Of a stretch of DNA of 10,901 nt, positions 1 to 7,271 are shown one piece after another (the first letter of the stretch is position 1; the number at the start of each line of letters is the position of its first letter). The notes under the pieces were generated by a model that made no database searches, was not told where the DNA came from, and saw only the letters and a list, made by a program, of their open reading frames with translations. The stretch is from positions 1 through 10,901 of the forward strand of contig CAXGWI010000120.1 in the NCBI GenBank assembly GCA_964013405.1, in the 5' to 3' direction. The translations under genes were made by a program, and so were the position numbers. The stretch is from an uncultured Myxococcales bacterium (lineage in GTDB: Bacteria; Myxococcota; UBA4151).

Positions 1-757
1 GGGCTAATCGGCCCGCCGCATCGAGGACGATCTCCACCTGGCCCGCATAGCGTCTGTTTTCAAAGCCATGCCACGAATACCCTTCGCCAAATTCAACGCC
101 AAGGGCCTCAACGAAGGCGCCGCGATGACCGGCCGGCGGCCGCAGGGCCATCCGGTTGGCCGCCCGGTATCTTCGCCGCCCAACCCGAACCTCGATGTCG
201 CCGGTCGGAAGGAGGCTCGCCACGGATTTGATGGTGGTTTCGAGGGCGTGATGCTTGCGTAGTTTTCTTTGCAGGGCCTCGGCCCTCGCCAGGGATCGGC
301 GGTCATCCAGTGCCAAGCCGAGGGCCCGGTTGTCGAAGCCAGTCCCCGTTAATCCGAAGCTGATCCCAAGTTCGAGGAGCCGAGCTCGGGGGAAGCCTTT
401 TTGCCGCCATTCATGCAGGGCTTCTTTCGCCGCTTTGCGCTCCGGCGTTGGGTAGAGATCTGTGACGAGGAAGTGGCGTAACTCGCCGGGCTCGCTCCGC
501 TTCAGTATCATCTGTACCAGCGTGCCTTTTTTCAGGCGGACGGTGCGTTCTTCGGCCCCTTCACCGATGAGGAGGTCCGCCCGGTGCAGCAGGCGAAAGC
601 GCAGCTTCCGGCGGCCTTCCATGATCCCGACCGGCACCATCGGCATCCCATCCTGATCGAAGGCCAGGGCTTGGCTCCAGAGGAGTTGGTTGCCCTGGGG
701 CTCTGGAGGGGGGACGCCTTGGCCTAAGAGTTGCCCAGCCAGCAGCAGGCTGATCAT
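1..757 (-). CDS. SpoIID/LytB domain-containing protein (putative peptidoglycan lytic transglycosylase), N-terminal part only; runs off the left edge
   Basis: Not in the ORF track because it has no stop inside the window. ATG at 757 overlaps the TGA of the upstream gene (ATGA, 754-757). Manual translation is open to the edge: MISLLLAGQLLGQGVPPPEPQGNQLLWSQALAFDQDGMPMVPVGIMEGRRKLRF...VEFGEGYSWHGFENRRYAGQVEIVLDAAGRLA. The final 'RRYAGQVEIV...GRLA' resembles the 'RxYRGxlxv...gxLxvvN' entry into the SpoIID domain as I recall it from myxobacterial homologues. The catalytic region lies outside the window. Confidence 0.75.
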   Translation of the reverse strand, partial: MISLLLAGQLLGQGVPPPEPQGNQLLWSQALAFDQDGMPMVPVGIMEGRRKLRFRLLHRADLLIGEGAEERTVRLKKGTLVQMILKRSEPGELRHFLVTDLYPTPERKAAKEALHEWRQKGFPRARLLELGISFGLTGTGFDNRALGLALDDRRSLARAEALQRKLRKHHALETTIKSVASLLPTGDIEVRVGRRRYRAANRMALRPPAGHRGAFVEALGVEFGEGYSWHGFENRRYAGQVEIVLDAAGRLA

Positions 758-2157
758 GGCAGCAAATCCTGTTCGTCGAGGACATGGAATTGGTCGACGC
801 GCTCTTGCAGGTCACGATGACTTCGACCCGGCCAGCCGGCCGCTTCGACTCGCAGCCCCTCCGCTTTGAGTTGTTCCAGCAGTTCGAGGAAGTCGCCGTC
901 GCCACTGCCCAGCAAGAGGGTGTCGGCTCGCTGACGCCAGCGCAGAGCTTCGAGGGTGATGCCCACGTCCCAATCGGCCTTGATGGAGCCATCGGCCTGG
1001 CGCCAGAATTGCTTCCAGCGCACCTCGATGCCGTCGGCCTGGAGTTTCTCCGTGAACCGTTTCCCCCCCTCGTCGTGGGGGTCACCGCTGGTGAATGCCA
1101 CCACCTTCTTTGGTCTCCTTCCGGCACAGAGACGTCCAAGGAGCGCAGAATAATCGATGGGTCGCTCGAAGGCCCGAGCTCCGGCGCTGAGGTTGGCGAG
1201 ATCGAGAAGGACGACAAGGCCTTCGCCGACCCCCGCTTCGGGGAGCCTGCGGCTGGCTGCCAGCAGGCGTTCTTGGAGCTGACTTCGGTCTTTTCGCGCC
1301 GCGTCCCGTTCGGCCCGCAGTTGGTCCAGACGGGGGTCCATCTCCGGCATGGTGGCGGTCTCTGGTTCAGACGTAGCGGAGGGTTCCTGTCGTTCTGCCA
1401 CATGCTGTTGGAGTCGACTGATCTCTTCATCACGATGGCGTAGTTGGGCTCGGAGTTCGTCGAGTTCTCGATTATGGCGTCGGTGGAGCTGGTCCAATTC
1501 GGCCCGGGCTGCTTCCTCGCGCCGTTGTGCACCCGTTGCCCGCCGGTCGGCCCCCTGGAGTTGGTCGAGCTCCCGTTGCAATTCCCCAAGGCGCTCGTCC
1601 CGTTGGGCGAGGTCCCGGCGCAGTCGCCCGACCTGAAGCTGGATTTGGGCCTGGTCCGGACTGGGCAGCCCCCGGGGGGCGGGCTGCTGTGGCTCTTGGG
1701 CCTGAACACGAATCGTCGCATCCCCTTGGGCCAAGCCGTCGAGGAGTTGCTTGGAGACCTTTAATCCAAGGGCTCGAATGGCTTCGTGCTCATGACGTCG
1801 AGCAGCCCAAATCATCCGGGCCCGTTGTTTCGCAAAACGCAGACCACCGTAATTCTCCAGCAGCTCGCCCGCTCGATCGCCGGTCATACCATCCAAGAGT
1901 CGAATTTCCGTTCGGGCCCGTTTGTCCAAGCTGTTGCAAATGGCGGTTTGTAGCGAAGGGTCTGCCTGTCCCCGGCCATCTTGGCCCAGAGCCCGGCCGA
2001 CGATGGCGCCGACCACAGTGGCCCGATCTAACCGCTGGGGAGGGGGTGCCCCCTTCGGCGCCCCGCTGCGGTAGAGACGATCGAGATCGGAGCGGGAGAG
2101 GGCGCCCTCGACGAGGAGGAGCACCAACTCGATGGGGAGGTCTTCAAGTGTGGCCAC
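754..2157 (-). CDS. NYN domain (LabA/DUF88, PIN-like nuclease fold) protein with N-terminal helical region and central coiled coil, 467 aa
   Basis: The C-terminal ~150 aa carry the NYN motifs VVLLDLAN (D319), IDYSAL, KADWDVGITLEAL (D397), LLLGSGDGDFLELLEQLKAEGLRVE (D420/D422) and LQERVDQF. The middle is a heptad-rich L/E/R/Q stretch. The GTG start at 2157 overlaps the upstream gene by 14 bp. Confidence 0.9.
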   Translation of the reverse strand: MATLEDLPIELVLLLVEGALSRSDLDRLYRSGAPKGAPPPQRLDRATVVGAIVGRALGQDGRGQADPSLQTAICNSLDKRARTEIRLLDGMTGDRAGELLENYGGLRFAKQRARMIWAARRHEHEAIRALGLKVSKQLLDGLAQGDATIRVQAQEPQQPAPRGLPSPDQAQIQLQVGRLRRDLAQRDERLGELQRELDQLQGADRRATGAQRREEAARAELDQLHRRHNRELDELRAQLRHRDEEISRLQQHVAERQEPSATSEPETATMPEMDPRLDQLRAERDAARKDRSQLQERLLAASRRLPEAGVGEGLVVLLDLANLSAGARAFERPIDYSALLGRLCAGRRPKKVVAFTSGDPHDEGGKRFTEKLQADGIEVRWKQFWRQADGSIKADWDVGITLEALRWRQRADTLLLGSGDGDFLELLEQLKAEGLRVEAAGWPGRSHRDLQERVDQFHVLDEQDLLP

Positions 2158-2995
2158 AGAGCCTCCGGTAGCGCTCGAGAAGATCCTGGCTCACGGGGCC
2201 GGGGCACCCGCTTCCGACCTTTTGGCCGTCGAGCCGAACCACGCTGACGATTTCTCGTAGGGTGGAGCTCAACATGATTTCGGCGGCTTCCTGGAGCCAG
2301 GCAGCGGGAATGGGTGCTTCGATGACGGGGAGTCCGGCTTCCCGAGCCAGACGCATCAACGACTCGCGGGTGATTCCAGGCAGCACGCCCGCGGCCAAGT
2401 CCGGTGTAAACAAGGTGCCGTGGCGCAGGATAAAGACGTTGCTCGTACTTCCCTCGGTCACTTGGTCCTGGCCATTGATGCGAATGGCCTCGTGGGCATT
2501 CGCCTGACGGGCGAGGCGCAGGGCCAACAAGTTGGGAAGATAGTTGCTGGTTTTTGCCTGGGCTCCCCGGCGATGACCCGTTTGGGAGACGGTGATCGCT
2601 TCAACGCCTTCAGCCCAAAAAGAAGGGGGGTGAGGGTGTAGGGGCCGGTTGATAATGATCAAGCGCTGCTCATCACTGAGATCCGGCGCCAGGCCAAATC
2701 GGCCGACACCACGGGTGACCATGAGGCGAAGGTAACTCTCTTCGAAGCCACCGGCCTCCAGCAGTTCCTCGAGGATCGCTGTGAACTCATCGTGGGACCA
2801 CTGCAACTGGAGTCCGATCTGCTGGGCACTTAACTGGAGCCGGTCGAGATGGGCCGTGAGGGCATGAATTCGCTGCCGGTAGGTGCGTAGGGTCTCGAAG
2901 ATTCCATCGCCATAGAGGAAGCCCCGATCATAGACCGGCAGGCGCGCTTCGTCGGCCGGCACGATCAACCCATCGATCCAGACGAGATCTTTCAT
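2144..2995 (-). CDS. Class IV (fold-type IV) PLP-dependent aminotransferase, IlvE/PabC/D-amino-acid transaminase family, 283 aa
   Basis: Family motifs DRGFLYGDGIFETLR, HLDRL, YLRLMVTRG, AKTSNYL (PLP lysine), EGSTSNVF, LPGITR and V.RLDG..VG.G.PGP. Full length is typical for the family. Substrate specificity cannot be resolved from the motifs alone. Confidence 0.93.
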   Translation of the reverse strand: MKDLVWIDGLIVPADEARLPVYDRGFLYGDGIFETLRTYRQRIHALTAHLDRLQLSAQQIGLQLQWSHDEFTAILEELLEAGGFEESYLRLMVTRGVGRFGLAPDLSDEQRLIIINRPLHPHPPSFWAEGVEAITVSQTGHRRGAQAKTSNYLPNLLALRLARQANAHEAIRINGQDQVTEGSTSNVFILRHGTLFTPDLAAGVLPGITRESLMRLAREAGLPVIEAPIPAAWLQEAAEIMLSSTLREIVSVVRLDGQKVGSGCPGPVSQDLLERYRRLCGHT

Positions 2996-3060
2996 GGCCC
3001 AGCTTTAGAGCCAACAACCTGTCTTGTCGACCGAGGGAGGAAGCGTGTAGTCGAAGGTCG

Positions 3061-3861
3061 ATGCGTTGCGCGGTCCTTAGCCTGGTGTTGTTCTCGACGT
3101 CCTGTGCTGTCGTGAAGCCCATTCGCCTCGCTTACCAACCCAGTAAGGGTACCCGCAGTTTGTTCGGTATGGAGGTGGTCGAGACGGTGACCTCAACGGG
3201 CTTAATGGTATTGAAGGCCGATTATCGTCAGCGCTTGAAGGGAACCTTCCAACTCAAACTCGTCAACTCCTCTTTAAACGCCTGGCGACTTGAGCCCAAC
3301 GAAGTGCATTTTCATCGGGATGATCTAAGAGATTCGATGAACGCTGAGATCGGCTCGCTGCTCACCAAGATGCGGTTGATGGGCGAGTTACGCCCCTATG
3401 GGCGGACCCGTGGAACCTTTATGGTCAAAGAGCCAGGCGCGACAGAGGCGCACCACTCGGCCCGCTGGGCCCTCCGCTCTGCCCTGATTTCGGCCGTGCC
3501 GAGATTACCAAACTCCGATGTGCGTCGAGATGATTTGTGGCGCAGTGAGGTGGATGTCATGGGCAACAAGCTCAGTGCCATGGGCCGGGTCGTGAAAATC
3601 CGCGGTGATGTTTGGTTTATCGAACTCAAAACATCGGGAAGCGTGCGTTGGGAAGTGGCGCCGGCCGTTTGGATGGATGGCACCTACGAAGAAACCACGA
3701 CCTTTCAATGGTCCGGTGAGCGGGGCGAGGTGCTCCAGAACGATGTGAAGCAAGTCGTTGACCTCACGGGCGGTGACGAGGGGCGGTATCGCCTGGAGCG
3801 ACGGATCAAGACCCGTGCTTTGGGGCCCGATGAGGCAAAGATTTTTCTCGAGACCCGCTAG
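3061..3861 (+). CDS. Hypothetical lipoprotein, beta-strand rich, possibly DUF6263-like, 266 aa
   Basis: Signal peptide with lipobox-like ending (MRCAVLSLVLFSTS-C). It fills the gap between two minus-strand genes. Segments 'IRLAYQPSKG' and 'LPNSDVRRDDLWRSE' resemble the 'LrYk.kkG' and 'LPekpVkvGDsW' patterns of DUF6263-type proteins (recognised from memory, not searched). Confidence 0.7.
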   Translation: MRCAVLSLVLFSTSCAVVKPIRLAYQPSKGTRSLFGMEVVETVTSTGLMVLKADYRQRLKGTFQLKLVNSSLNAWRLEPNEVHFHRDDLRDSMNAEIGSLLTKMRLMGELRPYGRTRGTFMVKEPGATEAHHSARWALRSALISAVPRLPNSDVRRDDLWRSEVDVMGNKLSAMGRVVKIRGDVWFIELKTSGSVRWEVAPAVWMDGTYEETTTFQWSGERGEVLQNDVKQVVDLTGGDEGRYRLERRIKTRALGPDEAKIFLETR

Positions 3862-5849
3862 TCCAGGTCGCCGTAAAAGTCCTCTCGTAGGACCTTGACC
3901 CGTTCATGGGGCAGACTGAGGTCAACCACTCGGGGGCTGAGGGCAGCCACCAACTCGATCACAGCATCGGTGGGTGCATCCTTTCGGATGTACAGCAAAA
4001 CCCGAGCATCGGATGGTAGCGCATTCGATAGGGTCGCCAGGCGTTGTCGCCAGGCCTTCATTTGGGGCCCCTTTCGGCTGCTGTGGTAGCCCGAGAGTTG
4101 GAGTCTCGCATCGCCTGCGAGGTCGGTAAAAAGCATCTCTTTACCGCTGATGGTGACCTGCGTCTTCTTGCCGGTGCGCGCCAGTCTGATCTTTCCTGTG
4201 GCGCCCAGGTTTAATCGACCTGCATCGAAGCGCATCTCCCCGTCACTGCTGAGTGATGCCGAAGGCTCCTTTGGGGGACCTCCATCCGTGGGCTGATCCC
4301 CAGCGGTGGGGCTTGTCGTCGGGGGGTTGATCACGGCGAGTACGCCCCCATCGGGGGCCGTTCCAGCATCGGTTTTTGCCTCTTTCGTCGCCCTTGGCTC
4401 AAGGGAGGGGGAAGGGGGCGGAGCGCTGGCAAATTCGAGTTCACTGTCGAGATCTCGTTGGCTGGCCACCGTCCGCTCACTGGTTCGAGTCCAGCCCACA
4501 TGGGCGGTGACGGCCCGGAGCCCATGGGCCCAGAATCCCAACTCCACCTGACTGCCACGGGGCAGATAAGAGAGGACCCGGCCTAAGGTCTTCGCGGGGG
4601 CACCTCGACTGAGGATGAGGAGCAGGGGGCGTTGCGCCGCATCGGGAAGGTAGGTTTGGGCCCGGAGGGTGAGGCCGCTGAGGGCATCGGCCAAGGTGTC
4701 GCCGCTGGGGGCCGGGAACATCGGGTCAGGACGCCGTCGGATCCGCCGGCCTGGCCAGGCGAGCTCGCTCTCTAAGTCGAGAAAACGCACCCCTTGGTCG
4801 CTGACCGCGAGACCGGGCTGGAGTCCGACGCGGGTGTTGCCGTACTTGTCGATACTGGCAAAGCGTTGACCCTGTGGTCGCTTGGCCCCTTTGAGGGGCG
4901 CTGAGAAGCGCATCACCACACCATCTCTAAACTCACCGGGGCCAAACCAGCCGGGGTAGGGGGCCAGCACGGCCCGATCTCGGGCCTGATCCCGTAAGGC
5001 TGATAGAAAGCGGCGGGCCCGGTCGGCCAGGGGCCCGTCGTCCTTCCGGGCCCGTCGCAGGTTGGTCTCACCGTGGACCAGGGCAAAGCGGAGCGGCGCC
5101 AAACGGGGCCCGGCGTAGCGATATTCCTCCGGGGCCCGCAGGCCGAGGCTTTTCGGGCTGCAGGCCTTGCGGAGGGCCAAGCGACGGGTCCGGGCATCGG
5201 CGGCAGCTTTTGGCGCCGGTGAGAAGGCCTTGCAGGTGACGGGGCAACGGGGGTCGGCCGCAGCCTCCGTTGGCAACTCCCCACGGGCCAACGCAGCCAT
5301 GACCGACGGACACGGATAAGGGTAGGCGCTCGCAACTTCTGAGGCTTTTGCGGTGTCGCCATCCAGTAGCTTTTTAAAATCCAATGCGAGGAGGAGACGG
5401 GCCCGTTGAGCCGACGGCGTCTCCTGCTGGGCCAGTGCTGCCATCTTGACCTGCTGTTCGATACCCGGAGGCGCCGCAGCGACGGTGAGGAGATCTGCGT
5501 AGTCGTGGTCCTTCGCCAGCCACGGCACCATCGTGCTGGCGCCGGGAATGAGACTTTTGTCCCCGTCGAAGATCGAGACCAGCGGGCTGGTACTTCGCCC
5601 CTCCACTCGGGCGGCCAAAAGGCCATCAACATAGGCCGTCGCCAGCGTGTTTCGAGCCAAAAGGATGTGCTTGGCTTGGGCATCGTCGGCTGCAGTCGAG
5701 GAGATCTCATGCAGCCCTTTGAGGTGCAGGGCCAGATCCGATGGGATCCGGGGCAGAGGCGTCAGCTCTTCGACGAGTTGGTTGACCCGCTGGGGGCTGT
5801 CATCACAGCCGAGGGCGAGCAGCATGAGGGCCAAGGACCAGCGAGTCAT
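3858..5849 (-). CDS. Hypothetical lipoprotein, 663 aa, with two ExbD/TolR-periplasmic-like motifs and a Pro/Thr-rich linker
   Basis: Long ORF with a clear lipoprotein signal (MTRWSLALMLLALG-C-DD). Its ATG overlaps the cyclase stop (TAATG, 5847-5851). Motifs RPLLLILSRGAPAKTLGRVLSYL and RVLLYIRKDAPTDAVIELVAAL. The domain assignment is tentative. Confidence 0.75.
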   Translation of the reverse strand: MTRWSLALMLLALGCDDSPQRVNQLVEELTPLPRIPSDLALHLKGLHEISSTAADDAQAKHILLARNTLATAYVDGLLAARVEGRSTSPLVSIFDGDKSLIPGASTMVPWLAKDHDYADLLTVAAAPPGIEQQVKMAALAQQETPSAQRARLLLALDFKKLLDGDTAKASEVASAYPYPCPSVMAALARGELPTEAAADPRCPVTCKAFSPAPKAAADARTRRLALRKACSPKSLGLRAPEEYRYAGPRLAPLRFALVHGETNLRRARKDDGPLADRARRFLSALRDQARDRAVLAPYPGWFGPGEFRDGVVMRFSAPLKGAKRPQGQRFASIDKYGNTRVGLQPGLAVSDQGVRFLDLESELAWPGRRIRRRPDPMFPAPSGDTLADALSGLTLRAQTYLPDAAQRPLLLILSRGAPAKTLGRVLSYLPRGSQVELGFWAHGLRAVTAHVGWTRTSERTVASQRDLDSELEFASAPPPSPSLEPRATKEAKTDAGTAPDGGVLAVINPPTTSPTAGDQPTDGGPPKEPSASLSSDGEMRFDAGRLNLGATGKIRLARTGKKTQVTISGKEMLFTDLAGDARLQLSGYHSSRKGPQMKAWRQRLATLSNALPSDARVLLYIRKDAPTDAVIELVAALSPRVVDLSLPHERVKVLREDFYGDLD

Positions 5850-7159
5850 TAGAGGTCTCCTTCAGGGGACGGAGGAAGTTCTGCCTTTGGTGAGACGAAA
5901 AACATCGTCAGATCCCCCTTGTGTTTGACAGCCAAGCGGCCTCGAGATTCCCGATCTACACCTTGGAGCAAAGCATTCGTTCGCGAACTCACGTTGATCT
6001 TTCCCGGTTCCGACGTGCTTTCCATTCGGGCAGCCACATTCACCGTGTCGCCCCAGACATCGAAGACGAGACGGCTGCCGCCGAGAATGCCACTGACGAC
6101 GGGGCCTGAGTGGGCCCCGACGCGCAGGGTCCATCGGGGGGACTTGGGCCGGAACTGGGGGCGTTTCTCCAAATAGGCGATCATTTCCTCCCCCGCCGCA
6201 ACCGCTCGTTCAGCGTGTCGCTCCCGTCCATCTAAACCGGCCACGGCCATATAGGCGTCACCGATGGTTTTGATCCGATCGAGACCAAAGCGATGGGCGA
6301 TTCGGTCAAACTCGGTAAAGAGGTCATCCAACTCTTGCACCAATTGAACCCCATCGAGTTGCTCGGCGACCCGGGAAAAACCCACAAGATCAGCAAAGAG
6401 AATCGTGACCTCTTCATGTCTCGTCGGCTCGACCCGGCCTTTCTCCAGTAACTCCTGGGCGGCCTTCTCCGGCAGGATCAACTTCAGCAGGCTATCTGCG
6501 GCCATGGCCTCCCGGCGAAGTTGCTCAGCCCGAAGGAATGATCGGGCGCGCAAGCGGCCTTGGGTGCGTCCGATCAGCCATGCTGCCAGCAGCAGGATCG
6601 TCACAAGGGGGAGGAAGTCCAGAGCGTCGCGCCCCATGGTCGCCGTGGTCACCGCGAGGACGAGTCCCCCACATCCGGTCACGAGCATTAATTGTTGGCT
6701 CCGATGAAGGGGCAACATGGCCGGGGCGAGGGGCAGCAGCATCAGCAGGTAGACTTGGTGCGGACCCGTCAGCATGGCGGCCGTGGCGGAGCCGGCCGCA
6801 GCCAGTCCGCAGGTGGCGACAGCGAGGGCGACCGGCCGGGCGGTCCCTTGCCCCCGCAGGACCGGCCAACTCACGAGAGCCAGCCCGATGACCGCGGTCA
6901 GCCGAGCGAGGAGCAAGGCATTCAAATGCCCCGGCGTCGAGATCCAATCGAGGGGGAGTGGCAGCAAGAGGTAGAGGGCAAGGATGGGGACAAGGCGCCG
7001 CAGGGTCTGAGCCAGGGCCTTATCCAACTCCCGCCGGTAGCGTTTGCGGACACTGTCCGGGACGCGGGCATTTTGTTCGCCTGCTGCGAGTTCGGCCCGA
7101 GGACGCCACCACTTCTCGAAGGCCCAGTGTCTTTTTGAGCTTTCTGGCTCGACGCTCAA
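5849..7159 (-). CDS. Class III adenylate cyclase with a ~6-TM membrane anchor, 436 aa from the proposed TTG start
   Basis: Catalytic motifs VTILFADLVGFS, IKTIGDAYMAVAG, LRVGAHSGPVVSG and FDVWGDTVNVAARMES. The Lys of IKTIGD and the Asp of FDVWG are the ATP-specifying pair. Six hydrophobic segments are followed by the transducer-like ADSLLKLILPEKAAQEL. Start trimmed from 7372 to the in-frame TTG at 7159, which has GGGAGGG 7 nt upstream and avoids overlap with the divergent gene. Confidence 0.92.
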   Translation of the reverse strand: MSVEPESSKRHWAFEKWWRPRAELAAGEQNARVPDSVRKRYRRELDKALAQTLRRLVPILALYLLLPLPLDWISTPGHLNALLLARLTAVIGLALVSWPVLRGQGTARPVALAVATCGLAAAGSATAAMLTGPHQVYLLMLLPLAPAMLPLHRSQQLMLVTGCGGLVLAVTTATMGRDALDFLPLVTILLLAAWLIGRTQGRLRARSFLRAEQLRREAMAADSLLKLILPEKAAQELLEKGRVEPTRHEEVTILFADLVGFSRVAEQLDGVQLVQELDDLFTEFDRIAHRFGLDRIKTIGDAYMAVAGLDGRERHAERAVAAGEEMIAYLEKRPQFRPKSPRWTLRVGAHSGPVVSGILGGSRLVFDVWGDTVNVAARMESTSEPGKINVSSRTNALLQGVDRESRGRLAVKHKGDLTMFFVSPKAELPPSPEGDL

Positions 7160-7271
7160 CGCGAGGCCCTCCCAAACGAGCCATAGCGCTTTTGTCCGGC
7201 CGGTTCCATCGGCGGTTTCTGGGGGGGACAGGAGCGAAAATTCCGCTATGGGGGGCTGCCTGGAGAATACC
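7160..7271. promoter_or_regulatory. Divergent promoter region between cyclase and ceramidase-like genes, with an 8-bp inverted repeat and two ribosome-binding sites
   Basis: 112-bp gap between divergent starts. CCATAGCG (7181-7188) and CGCTATGG (7244-7251) are exact reverse complements. SD-like GGAG at 7262-7265 (+) and GGGAGGG at 7173-7167 (-). Confidence 0.5.

Noticed and set aside
4..306. 100-aa minus-strand ORF at the left edge
   Set aside because: Wrong frame. The real gene is the frame opening at ATG 757 and running off the window.
561..1721. 386-aa minus-strand ORF overlapping the NYN gene in another frame
   Set aside because: Arg/Pro/Ser-rich with no motifs; a typical GC-rich shadow of a well-supported gene.
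784..1764. + strand ORFs 784-1443 and 1444-1764 that look protein-like
   Set aside because: They are the codon-aligned antisense frame of the NYN gene, which often stays open in high-GC DNA. No recognisable motifs.
754..2157. NYN protein as a toxin-antitoxin or anti-phage defence system
   Set aside because: No antitoxin-like small gene, other defence gene, mobile element or evident compositional shift nearby. It is embedded among housekeeping-type genes, so a defence role is unsupported, though not excluded.
2996..3061. Promoter elements and a TCGACC/GGTCGA inverted repeat in the 65-bp divergent gap
   Set aside because: Promoters probably lie here, but I see no convincing -35/-10 match, and a 6-bp GC-rich inverted repeat is expected by chance.
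4913..5710. 265-aa minus-strand ORF inside the 663-aa lipoprotein
   Set aside because: Arg/Pro/Trp-rich alternative frame with no support.
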